Shown here: positions 9,010 to 17,958 of the stretch, piece by piece
Position numbering within the stretch: the first letter of the stretch is position 1
Layout: each line of letters begins with the position of its first letter
Source of the DNA: Chloroflexota bacterium
GTDB lineage: Bacteria > Chloroflexota > Anaerolineae > Anaerolineales > Villigracilaceae
NCBI GenBank assembly: GCA_049324895.1
Contig: JBMOMS010000173.1
Span: forward strand, 708 to 64,707
Reading direction: 5' to 3'
Length of the DNA stretch: 64,000 nucleotides
Position numbers and translations under genes: made by a program
The notes under the pieces: model-generated
What the model was told of the DNA's origin: nothing
Database searches by the model: none
What the model saw: only the letters and a program-made list of their open reading frames with translations

Positions 9010-9045
9010 AAATGGGATGGGTCCTGACCCATCCCATTTTCTATT
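9010..9045. terminator. Hairpin AAATGGGATGGGTC-CTG-ACCCATCCCATTT between the ncRNA candidate and the convergent rfbD
   Basis: 13-bp perfect stem with a T-rich tail on the + strand. Confidence 0.6.
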
Positions 9046-9068
9046 CAAAGAGAACGCGCCTGGGCGGA

Positions 9069-9950
9069 TCAAGCTTCCATACAACGCGCCAGGGCTTCCT
9101 GCCAGGGCGGGAGGCGCAGGCCGAAGGTGCGTTCAAAATGGGAACAATCCAGGGCCGAGAAGAGCGGACGCGCGGCTGGTGCGGGGAACTCATCGGTGCG
9201 GGCCGGCTGGATGGCCTGGACCCGCTGCTCGGTGCGCCTGGGATCGTTGGCGAGAATCTGCCTGGCCCACTCGAAGCGGGAGGCAAATCCCCAGCCTGCC
9301 AGGTGGTAGAGGCCGCTTTTTTCCCCCACGTAAGCGGGGAGGTCCTCCCCGCCGCGCGCCAGAAGCAGGGATGTGGCCTCGGCCAGCATCCGCGCCCAGG
9401 TAGGGTTGCTGACCTGGTCATCGACCACGCGCAAGTCTGGGTTGCTCCGCGCCCATCCCAGCAGTTTGGCAATGAAACTCTCGCCGCGCATGCTGTAGAC
9501 CCAGGCCGTGCGGAAGATGAGGTGGCGGCAACCCGCCGCCTGGATGGCCTGCTCGCCGGCCAGTTTGCTGCGGCCATAGACGCCGAGCGGGTTGGTTGGA
9601 TCCGTCTCCACATACGAACGGCCCAGGGTGCCGTCGAAGACGTAATCGGTGGAATAGTGAATCAGGCCGGCGCCCAGGGACCTGGCAGCTTCGGCCATTG
9701 CGCGCGGGGCGTGTTCGTTGATGGCAAAGGCCAGGTCCCGCTCCTGCTCGGCGCGGTCGACGGCGGTGTAGGCCGAGGCGTTGACGATCAGGTGCGGGGC
9801 CTGTTCGCGCAGGAAGGCTTCCAAAGCGGGAGCATCCCGCAGGTCCAGGTCGTCGCGGTCGACGGCCAGGACCTCGCCCAGGGGCGCGAGCGTGCGGCGC
9901 AGTTCCCAGCCCAACTGCCCGTACTTTCCGCCAAACAGGACGATCTTCAC
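9069..9950 (-). CDS. rfbD: dTDP-4-dehydrorhamnose reductase
   Basis: 293-aa RmlD-like ORF ([23 protein letters not shown]). 4-nt overlap with rfbA. Confidence 0.9.
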   Translation of the reverse strand: MKIVLFGGKYGQLGWELRRTLAPLGEVLAVDRDDLDLRDAPALEAFLREQAPHLIVNASAYTAVDRAEQERDLAFAINEHAPRAMAEAARSLGAGLIHYSTDYVFDGTLGRSYVETDPTNPLGVYGRSKLAGEQAIQAAGCRHLIFRTAWVYSMRGESFIAKLLGWARSNPDLRVVDDQVSNPTWARMLAEATSLLLARGGEDLPAYVGEKSGLYHLAGWGFASRFEWARQILANDPRRTEQRVQAIQPARTDEFPAPAARPLFSALDCSHFERTFGLRLPPWQEALARCMEA

Positions 9951-10819
9951 GCGCGTTTCTCCAACAGGCGGCGCAGGTAGTCGGTATAGCCGTTGTTCGC
10001 CATCCTCCCGACCTGTTCGCGCAGCTGCTCTTCGTTGATGTAACCCATGCGGTAGGCAATTTCCTCGGGACAGGAGATCATCATGCCCTGGCGTTCCTGC
10101 ACGGCCTGCACGAAGCCCGCCGATTGCAGCAGCGACTCGTGGGTGCCGGCGTCCAGCCAGGCCACGCCGCGCCCGAGGGTATCGACGTGCAGTTCGCCGC
10201 GTTCGAGGTACAGGCGGTTGAGGTCGGTGATCTCCAATTCGCCGCGCTTCGAGGGCTGGAGGTTTGCGGCCAGTTCGACCACCTTGGAGTCATAGAAATA
10301 AATCCCTGGCACGGCGAAATTCGATTTGGGCTGGGTGGGTTTTTCTTCCAGGCTGAGCACCAGGCCGTCCGAGTCGAATTCCACCACGCCGTAGCGTTCG
10401 GGGTCGCGCACCGCGTAGGCGAAGATCAGCGCGCCCGCTTTGAGCGCGGCGGCGCGGCGCAGCATCTCGGGCAGGCCGTGGCCGAAGAAGATGTTGTCGC
10501 CCAGGATGAGACAGGCGGAATCGCCGCCGATGAAATCCGCGCCAACGCGGAAGGCGTCTGCCAGCCCCCGCGGCTGGTCCTGCTCGACATAGCTGAACCT
10601 CAGCCCCCACTGACTCCCATCCTCCAGCAGGCGCTGAAAGTTGGGCAGGTCCTCGGGCGTGCTGATGACCAGAATCTCGCGGATACCCGCCAGCATGAGC
10701 ATCGACAGCGGATAGTACACCATCGGCTTGTCGTACACCGGCAGGAGTTGCTTGCTCATCACGAGTGTGAGCGGATTGAGGCGCGTGCCGCGCCCGCCAG
10801 CCAGGATGATTCCCTTCAT
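9947..10819 (-). CDS. rfbA: Glucose-1-phosphate thymidylyltransferase
   Basis: [19 protein letters not shown]-terminus. The start is taken at the internal ATG at 10819, just downstream of the rfbB stop, not at the ORF-track start. Confidence 0.92.
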   Translation of the reverse strand: MKGIILAGGRGTRLNPLTLVMSKQLLPVYDKPMVYYPLSMLMLAGIREILVISTPEDLPNFQRLLEDGSQWGLRFSYVEQDQPRGLADAFRVGADFIGGDSACLILGDNIFFGHGLPEMLRRAAALKAGALIFAYAVRDPERYGVVEFDSDGLVLSLEEKPTQPKSNFAVPGIYFYDSKVVELAANLQPSKRGELEITDLNRLYLERGELHVDTLGRGVAWLDAGTHESLLQSAGFVQAVQERQGMMISCPEEIAYRMGYINEEQLREQVGRMANNGYTDYLRRLLEKRA

Positions 10820-10821
10820 GG

Positions 10822-11901
10822 TTACTGCTCCCGTTTCTGATAGTTTTGGTCGACCCATTTTTGGTAATCGCGTTGTTTCTGGATGGCGTCCATCCAGGCG
10901 GAGTTGGACAGATACCACTCGACCGTGGCGCGCAGGCCGTCGCTCAACGAATAGCGCGGCGACCAGCCCAGGTCGCGGTGGATCTTGTCGATGTTCATGG
11001 CGTAGCGGCGGTCGTGGCCGGGGCGGTCGGCGACGTAGGTGATCAGCTTGTTGTGCGGCAGGTTGGCCGAAGCGGGCTGGAACTCGTCCAGCATGTCGCA
11101 GATGGTCTCGACGATGGTCAGGTTGGCGGGCTGGTTCCCGCCGCCGATGTTGTAGGTCTCACCGGGCTGGCCCTTCGTCAAGATCAGGTGGATGGCCTCG
11201 CAATGATCCTCCACGTACAACCAGTCGCGGATCTGCTGGCCGTCGCCGTAGACCGGCAACGGCTTGCCGGTCATGCCGTTCAGGATCATCAGCGGGATGA
11301 GCTTCTCGGGGAATTGGTACGGTCCGTAATTGTTCGAGCAGTTCGAGATCGTGACGGGCAGCCCGTAGGTGTGGGCATACGAGCGCGCGATGTGGTCGCT
11401 GGAGGCCTTCGAGGCGGCGTAGGGCGAGTTGGGCGCGTAGGGCGTGGTCTCGGAGAAGGCGGGGTCCTTCGGCCCAAGCGTGCCGTAGACTTCATCGGTG
11501 GAGACGTGATGGAAGCGCACCTGGTCCTTCGGCAGAGCGCCCTCCCCCAGCCAGAACTTGCGCGCGGACTCCAGCAGGTTGAATGTGCCAAACACGTTGG
11601 TCTGAATGAACGGCTCAGGTCCCAGGATGGAGCGGTCGACGTGCGACTCGGCTGCGAAGTGAACGATGGTATCGACCTGATACTGGCGCAGGACTTGAGG
11701 GATGAGTTCGCGGTCGCAGATGTCGCCCTGCACGAAGGTATAGCGCTCCGCGCCAGGCAGGTCTTTGAGGTTCTCCAGGCTGCCGGCATAGGTCAGCGCA
11801 TCCAGGTTGACCAGCTGCACGTCGGGCTCGGCCTGGAGCAGATAGCGAACGAAATTGGAGCCGATAAACCCGGCGCCCCCTGTGACCAATACACGTTTCA
11901 T
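10822..11901 (-). CDS. rfbB: dTDP-glucose 4,6-dehydratase
   Basis: 359-aa ORF with [10 protein letters not shown] Rossmann and YAASKASSD catalytic motifs. Confidence 0.95.
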   Translation of the reverse strand: MKRVLVTGGAGFIGSNFVRYLLQAEPDVQLVNLDALTYAGSLENLKDLPGAERYTFVQGDICDRELIPQVLRQYQVDTIVHFAAESHVDRSILGPEPFIQTNVFGTFNLLESARKFWLGEGALPKDQVRFHHVSTDEVYGTLGPKDPAFSETTPYAPNSPYAASKASSDHIARSYAHTYGLPVTISNCSNNYGPYQFPEKLIPLMILNGMTGKPLPVYGDGQQIRDWLYVEDHCEAIHLILTKGQPGETYNIGGGNQPANLTIVETICDMLDEFQPASANLPHNKLITYVADRPGHDRRYAMNIDKIHRDLGWSPRYSLSDGLRATVEWYLSNSAWMDAIQKQRDYQKWVDQNYQKREQ

Positions 11902-11924
11902 ATTCTCTCCTCGATTTACAGAAC

Positions 11925-12034
11925 GCGGACTTGAGTCCGCATTTTTGTTTCGACGGACTCAAGTCCGCACTCCAAACTTTCGTCTCATGGAGCGCAGATT
12001 TCAATCCGCATTTTTGCAGCAGACTGAAGTCTGC
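11925..12034. repeat. Four 16-nt palindromic units (GCGGACTTGAGTCCGC type) as a tandem about 68-nt duplication in the rfbC-rfbB spacer
   Basis: Units at 11925-11940, 11953-11968, about 11993-12009 and 12019-12034. Related copies are at 17292-17307 and elsewhere. Confidence 0.8.
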
Positions 12035-12042
12035 CTCCGAAA

Positions 12043-12591
12043 TTACGAATAAGTCTCCGCCTGGGAAAGCGGCAGGCCGTCCGCATCCTTTTTGGACAGG
12101 GTGGGCGCCGCTCCATCGACCAGCGGCCAGGAAATGGCCAGGGCGGGGTCGTTCCACAACAGGCTGCGCTCGTGCTGCGGGGCGTAATAGTCGCTGGCCT
12201 TGTAGAGGATTTCGGCCCGCTCACTCAGCACGTAGAAGCCGTGCGCAAAGCCGGGCGGGACCCATAACATTTGTTTGTTGCGGGCGGAAAGCGTCACGGC
12301 AACCCAGCGGCCAAAGGTGGGTGAACTGCGGCGCAAGTCGACGGCGACATCGTAGATCTCACCCGCCACGCAGCGCAACAATTTTCCCTGCGCCTGCTGG
12401 ATCTGGTAATGCAAGCCGCGCAGCACGCCCTGCGAAGATGCGGAGTGGTTATCCTGCACGAACCTGGCCGTGATGCCGGCAGCGGCAAAACGGTCCTCGC
12501 GGAAACTCTCCAAAAAGAAACCGCGCTCGTCCTCGAAAACCCTCGGGGTGACGAGGATGACATCCTGGATTTCCAACGGGGTGAATTCCAT
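12043..12591 (-). CDS. rfbC: dTDP-4-dehydrorhamnose 3,5-epimerase
   Basis: 182-aa RmlC-like ORF (FEDERGFF, RGLHYQ). The start abuts the wzt stop. Confidence 0.93.
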   Translation of the reverse strand: MEFTPLEIQDVILVTPRVFEDERGFFLESFREDRFAAAGITARFVQDNHSASSQGVLRGLHYQIQQAQGKLLRCVAGEIYDVAVDLRRSSPTFGRWVAVTLSARNKQMLWVPPGFAHGFYVLSERAEILYKASDYYAPQHERSLLWNDPALAISWPLVDGAAPTLSKKDADGLPLSQAETYS

Positions 12592-13341
12592 CTATTTGAC
12601 CTGGCCTTTTCGATACATGGCAATGACCTGCTTCGGGTCGCCGAACGCCTGCAACTTTCCATGATCGAGCCACATCACACGCGAGCACATGGACACGATC
12701 GTATCCATGCTGTGGCTGACCAGGAAGGTGGTCGTCCCCTCGGCGCGATAGTTCTGCATGCGCGCCTGGCATTTCTTGCGGAAGGCTTCGTCGCCCACCG
12801 AGAGGATCTCGTCCAGGATCAGGATCTCGGGTTCCCAGGCGGTCGCCACCGCAAAGCCGAGACGGGCCACCATGCCACTGGAATAGGTGCGCAGCGGGGC
12901 TTCGATGAAGGCGCCGATCTCCGCAAAATCGATGATCTCATCCATGCGTTCCTGGACTTCGGCCATCGGGTGTCCCAGCAGGGTGGCGTTGAGATAGACG
13001 TTCTCGCGGCCGGTCAACTCGGGGTGAAAACCAGCGCCCAGTTCGAGCAATGGCGACACCCGCCCGCGGATCCAAACACGGCCATCGGTCGGCACCAGCA
13101 CGCGCGAAATGACCTTCAGCATCGTGCTCTTGCCCGCGCCGTTGCGGCCAATGATGCCGACCGTTTCCCCTTTATCGACTTCGATGTCGATCCCGTCCAG
13201 CGCGGTGAATTCCTTGAAATTAACCTCGCGCTTCAACATGCGGATCATATATTCCTTGAAGGTGCGGATGCGCACCTCGGGCGCCTTGTATCGGACGGTC
13301 ACGTTTTGCAGCGCCACCACCAGGTCTTGAGACATTTCCAT
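12592..13341 (-). CDS. wzt: Polysaccharide ABC exporter ATP-binding protein (NBD only, no C-terminal carbohydrate-binding module)
   Basis: 249 aa. Walker A GRNGAGKST, signature YSSGM, Walker B ILILDE. Confidence 0.9.
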   Translation of the reverse strand: MEMSQDLVVALQNVTVRYKAPEVRIRTFKEYMIRMLKREVNFKEFTALDGIDIEVDKGETVGIIGRNGAGKSTMLKVISRVLVPTDGRVWIRGRVSPLLELGAGFHPELTGRENVYLNATLLGHPMAEVQERMDEIIDFAEIGAFIEAPLRTYSSGMVARLGFAVATAWEPEILILDEILSVGDEAFRKKCQARMQNYRAEGTTTFLVSHSMDTIVSMCSRVMWLDHGKLQAFGDPKQVIAMYRKGQVK

Positions 13342-13350
13342 GCCAGCCCC

Positions 13351-14190
13351 CTATGCCTTGTACGCGAAGCGGTCGGCGCGGCTGCAAAAGAAGACCCAGC
13401 CCACGGTCAGGGTCGTCAGGGAAATGGCGGCGGCAACCAAAAGGGTGTGGGCATCCGGCAGCTGCCCATCGTAGATGGGCGCGCGGAACAACTTGACCAG
13501 GTAATACATCGGGTTGAGGCCGAAGACCCAGGCCCGCATGGTCGCATCCGTGATGACGTCCTCGGGGTAGAAGATGGGCGTGAAGTACATCCAGGCCGTC
13601 AGGATGATCTGGTACATTTCGGACACGTCGGGGAAGGAAACCGCCAGGGTGGAAAAGAGCAGGCCAACCCCCAGGGCAAAGGCCGCCAGCAGGAGCATGG
13701 AGACCGGCAGGAAGAACACGTTCCAGGTCAATGCAATGCCGCTTCCCAGGATCACCACAACCAGCGGGATCAGGGAGATGGCCAGGTTGACCAACCCGGT
13801 TCCAACCGCAGAAATGGAAAAGGAGGTGCGCGGCATGTAAATGCGGTTCATCAGGGCCGCGCCCCACACCATCTGGTGGATGGCTGCGTTGGTGGTCTGG
13901 GCAAAGAAGGTCCAGGAAATCAACCCGCTCAACAGGTAGGCGGAATAGCCCTCCACGCGATGAAACAGGTTCGAGAAAACCAGGGTCAGGACGATCATCA
14001 TGCCCAGCGGCTGGAGCATGGTCCAGGCCACACCCAGGGCCGAGCGTTTGTAACGGGCCACGATGTCGCGGCGCACCAACTGCAGGATCAAATCCCGATA
14101 TTGATACACGCCGCGCAATTCCTCGAAGATCGCATTGCCACGACGGGAGCTGTCGTAAATATCGGGGGCGGAGATCAGCGAATTCGTCAT
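13351..14190 (-). CDS. wzm: ABC-2 type polysaccharide exporter permease
   Basis: 279-aa, 6-TM ABC-2 permease-like ORF immediately upstream of wzt. AAGGAG SD. Confidence 0.88.
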   Translation of the reverse strand: MTNSLISAPDIYDSSRRGNAIFEELRGVYQYRDLILQLVRRDIVARYKRSALGVAWTMLQPLGMMIVLTLVFSNLFHRVEGYSAYLLSGLISWTFFAQTTNAAIHQMVWGAALMNRIYMPRTSFSISAVGTGLVNLAISLIPLVVVILGSGIALTWNVFFLPVSMLLLAAFALGVGLLFSTLAVSFPDVSEMYQIILTAWMYFTPIFYPEDVITDATMRAWVFGLNPMYYLVKLFRAPIYDGQLPDAHTLLVAAAISLTTLTVGWVFFCSRADRFAYKA

Positions 14191-14226
14191 ATACCTGTGA
14201 AAAAACTCCTTGTTTGGGTTCGACCC

Positions 14227-14301
14227 ATTATATACCGCGCGCGGGTGAAAATTGCGTTTTTAGAGGGCGGAAAGCGCAATTTTAACCCGTGGGTATTATA
14301 T
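14227..14301. repeat. Promoter-associated palindromic element, copy A (ATTATATACC..GAAAATTGCG / GCGCAATTTTAACC..GGTATTATAT)
   Basis: Inverted arms around an 18-nt centre. The gene-proximal arm gives TATAAT (minus strand, 14227-14232) about 35 nt upstream of the wzm ATG. Confidence 0.7.
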
Positions 14302-14358
14302 CCGCATCGAGTGCGCCTTGCACGAAAACAGCCCCCGCTTCGGCGGAGGCTGTCCTTG

Positions 14359-14430
14359 TGACCGACCAGGGACTTGAACCCTGAACCCACTGATTAAGAG
14401 TCAGTTGCTCTGCCATTGAGCTAGTCGGCC
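14359..14430 (-). tRNA. tRNA-Lys (anticodon CUU)
   Basis: Cloverleaf folded by hand: acceptor GGCCGAC/GTCGGTC, D arm GCTC..GAGC, anticodon stem ACTGA/TCAGT with loop CTCTTAA, T arm CAGGG-TTCAAGT-CCCTG. CCA is not encoded. Confidence 0.9.
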
Positions 14431-14566
14431 AAAACGTGCGGGCAGTATTATACCGCAAAGGGTTATGCTGTCAACAAATTTGGCTGGGGAATTTTCCGAA
14501 TGCTCCCGCCAAACAAACAGCCCGCAGGGAGTTGCTCCCTGCGGGCTGTCATTTTTTACCGATCAG

Positions 14567-15640
14567 TTAGCTGGCCGGGGGCAGGGGTTCGGCAGGGACG
14601 GGAACCGCGGCCAGCGCGGATTTGCGCGAGTTGACCAGGGTCAGCGTCACGCCGCCCAGGCCGACCAGGCCCGCCAGGGCGGGGATCATCCAGCCCACGC
14701 AGGGGAACAGTCCCAGCAGTCCGGTGCCCAGCATGAGGACGAAGGTCCCCGCGCCGGCCACCAGCGGCGCATTCCAGGTCAGGTGGAAGGCGCGGGTCAG
14801 GCGCTCGCCCACTTCCTGGCCGAAGGCGATCATGCCGAACATCCAGGCCAGCGGGAAGACCACGAAGATCATCAACAGCGAAACGGGGATGAGGATGATG
14901 GTGACCACCATGATGACCGTGGTGGCAATGGCCAGCAGCCCAAAGCCGCCCGCCATCAAAGGCTCCGAGGCGATTGCGCCGCCCACCCGTTCCATCTGCG
15001 GCTGGAGGAAGAGCGAGGCCAGCATGGCAATGCCCGCCATGATGACGGCCACGCCCACGGCCTGGCCCAGGTTGCCGAAGAAGTTCCAGAACGGATCGAC
15101 GTTGATCCTGACGTTGGGATCGGGGACCTCAGGCGGGGTCGCGGTAAGCGGCAGGGACGGGATGACGACGGTCGGTGATTCGACTTCGTTGGCGATGTCG
15201 CCCGTGATCTTGGCGCCCTCGGCGCGCTCCAGTTCGCCGCCCACCATGCTGACGTCGCCGTCGACCAGGGCAGATTCATCCAGCGAGGCGTCGCCGCCCA
15301 GCATGGCCAGGTCGCCGTAGAGTTTGCCGTTCATGTGCAGGTTGCCGCCGAACAGGGCCACATCGCCGTTGATTTTGGCGCCCTCCCCCACCGAGGCGTT
15401 GCCGCCAAACAGGGCCAGGCTGCCGTTCACGACGGCATTCTCCTCGATGGTGACGTTGCCGCCAAAGACCACCAGGTCGCCGTCCAGGGTTTCGCCCTCG
15501 GAGAGCACGTAGTTGTCGCCGAAGACCACGCGGCCTTCGCGCAGCCCGGCCGCGAGTCCCTGCGCCGAGGCGGGGACGGCGGGCGCCAGCAGCAGCGCCA
15601 GGAGGAGCAGGATGATTGGGAATTTCAGGTTGATTTTCAT
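14567..15640 (-). CDS. Secreted beta-helix-repeat (bactofilin/polymer-forming-like) protein with a C-terminal polytopic membrane domain
   Basis: Start at MKINLKF (ATG at 15640), overlapping the anti-sigma stop as ATGA. Signal peptide. Repeated GD(L/V)xxFGGN units. About 6 TM helices at the C-terminus. Confidence 0.75.
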   Translation of the reverse strand: MKINLKFPIILLLLALLLAPAVPASAQGLAAGLREGRVVFGDNYVLSEGETLDGDLVVFGGNVTIEENAVVNGSLALFGGNASVGEGAKINGDVALFGGNLHMNGKLYGDLAMLGGDASLDESALVDGDVSMVGGELERAEGAKITGDIANEVESPTVVIPSLPLTATPPEVPDPNVRINVDPFWNFFGNLGQAVGVAVIMAGIAMLASLFLQPQMERVGGAIASEPLMAGGFGLLAIATTVIMVVTIILIPVSLLMIFVVFPLAWMFGMIAFGQEVGERLTRAFHLTWNAPLVAGAGTFVLMLGTGLLGLFPCVGWMIPALAGLVGLGGVTLTLVNSRKSALAAVPVPAEPLPPAS

Positions 15641-16167
15641 GATTGAACTCCTTGCGGGACGCGGGTGATGCGCCAGATCGAAACCGTCCACAATAAACTG
15701 GCGCCAGCCAGGGCCGAGGCCAGCACCATCCACACAAAGGGCGGCACAAAGCCAGGCAGGACACGTAAAAAGACCGAGCCGACATCCGCCAAAGCCTGGA
15801 TGGTGGAAAGAATGAACAAGAGGTAACCGAGCGCGAGGTTGATCCACTCGGCGGGGGCGGCTGTCAGGCCCCTCAGCAGCGGGTAGGCCAGCAGCACCAG
15901 GGCGGCCATGCCCGCCACAGAGAAGACGAAGATGCCCCAGAAGCGCCTGCGGCGGTCGACCATGCGCTGGGCGGCCAGCCGCGCCTGAAAGCGCTGGGCA
16001 AAGCCGGGGGCGGGCGAAACCATGCGCGGCGCGCGCAGGCTCAGGCCCGTCTCCGCCAGGGAGGCGCAGCGCAAGCAATCCCGCAGGTGCGAATCCAGTT
16101 CGCGTTTCTGTTCGGGCGCCAGGGGCAGGTCGTCCAACAGCCAGGATTCAAAAGGCTGGTGATTCAT
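15637..16167 (-). CDS. Anti-sigma factor (zf-HC2 type), membrane-spanning
   Basis: HLRDCLRC zinc-finger-like motif and TM segments. AAGGAG SD. Overlaps the sigma gene by 20 nt. Confidence 0.75.
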   Translation of the reverse strand: MNHQPFESWLLDDLPLAPEQKRELDSHLRDCLRCASLAETGLSLRAPRMVSPAPGFAQRFQARLAAQRMVDRRRRFWGIFVFSVAGMAALVLLAYPLLRGLTAAPAEWINLALGYLLFILSTIQALADVGSVFLRVLPGFVPPFVWMVLASALAGASLLWTVSIWRITRVPQGVQS

Positions 16168-16750
16168 GGGGTCTCCTTTGGGAGCGCGGCTTGGGAGCGT
16201 TACCCTGCCACAGGCCGGCCAGTTCGCGGCGGGCGCGGTGCAGGCGGCTCTTGACCGCGCTGACGGTAAGATGGAGCGCTTCGGCGATCTCGGCTTCCGA
16301 CTGCTCGTGCCAGTAACGCATGACGATGGCGGCGCGGTCGGTGGCGTCGAGGTGGCCCAGCAGGCCCTGCATCTGGTCGCGTTCCTCTTTTCTGATGGAG
16401 GCGGATTCGGGCATCACTGCGGCGGGATCGGGCAGTTCGTAGCCCGCCTCGCCCTCGTCGGCTTCGTCGATGGAAAAGATGGATAACCTTCGGCGACGCA
16501 GGCGGTCGATGCAGTAGTGTGCAGCGATGGACAGCAGCCAGGTCGCAAACGACCGTTTGCGGTCGTAGCGGTTGATGTGCTGGTAGACGCGCAGGAAAGT
16601 TTCCTGCGCGGCGTCTTCCGCGGCCTCAGGTTCGCCCAACATACGGTAACACAGGTTGTAGACGGGCGTCTGGTACGTTTCGACAATATAGGTGAAGGCT
16701 TCGTCGCTGCCTTGCTGCGCCTGGAGAACCCAGGTCAAGTCGTCGTTCAC
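16148..16750 (-). CDS. ECF-type RNA polymerase sigma-70 factor
   Basis: 200 aa with region 2 (YQTPVYNLCYRMLG) and region 4 (AEIAEALHLTVSAVKSRLHRAR). GTG start with AAGGAG SD. Confidence 0.88.
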   Translation of the reverse strand: MNDDLTWVLQAQQGSDEAFTYIVETYQTPVYNLCYRMLGEPEAAEDAAQETFLRVYQHINRYDRKRSFATWLLSIAAHYCIDRLRRRRLSIFSIDEADEGEAGYELPDPAAVMPESASIRKEERDQMQGLLGHLDATDRAAIVMRYWHEQSEAEIAEALHLTVSAVKSRLHRARRELAGLWQGNAPKPRSQRRPHESPAF

Positions 16751-16961
16751 GCGCGCTCCTTGTAATCTACCTATCTTACGCAGTGGAACGGAGATGGTTG
16801 CAGAATCGCAGGGGGGATTTTCCCCAATTCCAACAACAATCCCAGGGTTACCCTAAAGAACTGGCCCCGGTCTCGCCCCAAGCAGGGCCGTCGGAAGCCC
16901 CAGTTGCAGGGCGCCTCCCGTTCAAGAACAGGCGCCTGAGTGATATACTTGCCCCAGGCTT

Positions 16962-17231
16962 ATGAAGAAGACCCTGCACAGCCTCCGCCCCTTTGCCTGG
17001 ATCGCCCTGGGATTGCTGCTGGCCCTGTCCAGCGCGGCCCTCGGGCAGCCGGCCGCCTTCGGGCAGGCGGGGACGGGGACGCCCACCCCGCAGGCCAGCC
17101 CCACCCCGGTGCCCATCGACCCCGCCGAGATCGGCTCGACCAACGGCCTGGTCCTGGTGGGCGTGCTGATCACGATCATCATCCTCACGCCCATCCTGAT
17201 GCATTGGAAGACCTGGGCGCGGAAGGCTTGA
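16962..17231 (+). CDS. Small exported protein with a Pro/Thr-rich linker and a C-terminal TM anchor
   Basis: 89-aa ORF with a signal peptide and a hydrophobic C-terminal helix. TATACT -10-like hexamer at 16943-16948. Confidence 0.5.
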   Translation: MKKTLHSLRPFAWIALGLLLALSSAALGQPAAFGQAGTGTPTPQASPTPVPIDPAEIGSTNGLVLVGVLITIIILTPILMHWKTWARKA

Positions 17232-17328
17232 CCTGATCGTCTCTCGATCCATCCGAAAATCGGAGTGCAGACTTTAGACGGCCTTGGTATGGCGGACTGA
17301 AGTCCGCGCTCCGGGAGTTACGGAATAC

Positions 17329-17360
17329 AATCCCCTTCATGCAACTTCATGAAGGGGATT
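17329..17360. terminator. Bidirectional hairpin terminator AATCCCCTTCATG/CATGAAGGGGATT
   Basis: 13-bp perfect stem between convergent genes, with a T-rich tail on the + strand. Confidence 0.7.
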
Positions 17361-17364
17361 TTCA

Positions 17365-17937
17365 TTAGAAGACCATTTCTCCTGCCAGCAGGGTGATGAC
17401 TCCTTCGGCGGTCATCACCTGTCCATAGGATTTGAAGGCGGCCAGAAAGGCGCGGTGGACCTGGTCGGCGGGCACCGTCACCCCGCCGTGAGTCAGGTCG
17501 CGGGTGGCGCAGGCGTCCTCGGCCACGATGACCTGGAAGCCCAGGTCGGACGCCGCGCGGACGGTGGCGTCCACGCATAGATGGGTCATCATGCCGCAGA
17601 TCACCACCCGTTCGGTGCCCCAGCTTTTGAGCAACTCCAGCAGGTTCGTCCCGCGGAACGAGTTGGGATCATGCTTCTGCACGATGGGTTCACCCTCGAA
17701 ATGTGCCACCGCATCGTGGATGTCGGTGCCGCGCTCGCCTGAGATGAAAAAGGCCGCGTCCGCCTTGCGCGAGACGTGCTGAATATGCACGTGATGCGCG
17801 CTCCCCGCGCCATGCTCGCGGAAGCATTGCAGCAACATATAGGCCTTCTTGGCCGCCGCCAACGGCTCGACCAGCGGAAATTTCCCGCCGGGGAAGTAGT
17901 CTTTTTGGATGTCGATTACGAGTAAGGCTGTGTTCAT
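17365..17937 (-). CDS. Isochorismatase-family cysteine hydrolase
   Basis: 190 aa. N-terminus ALLVIDIQKDYF and the catalytic Cys context VVICGMMTHLCVDAT. Confidence 0.88.
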   Translation of the reverse strand: MNTALLVIDIQKDYFPGGKFPLVEPLAAAKKAYMLLQCFREHGAGSAHHVHIQHVSRKADAAFFISGERGTDIHDAVAHFEGEPIVQKHDPNSFRGTNLLELLKSWGTERVVICGMMTHLCVDATVRAASDLGFQVIVAEDACATRDLTHGGVTVPADQVHRAFLAAFKSYGQVMTAEGVITLLAGEMVF

Positions 17938-17958
17938 GGGAGGGTTCCTTCTACAATA

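Noticed and set aside
14567-16078. Long N-terminal extensions offered by the ORF track: 14567-16078, 55474-56787, 60483-62804, 9947-10918, 31032-32039, 18343-19497 and 20258-21064.
   Set aside because: The extensions overlap upstream genes or palindromic elements and are compositionally aberrant. Internal starts with an SD, a leaderless -10 or ATGA coupling give canonical N-termini and signal peptides.
16785-16810. ECF-type promoter (GGAAC-N17-CGCA) facing the small exported protein gene
   Set aside because: The -35-like GGAAC is present, but the -10 does not match the usual CGTC/CGTA. The motif faces away from the sigma operon. A single hit is not enough evidence.
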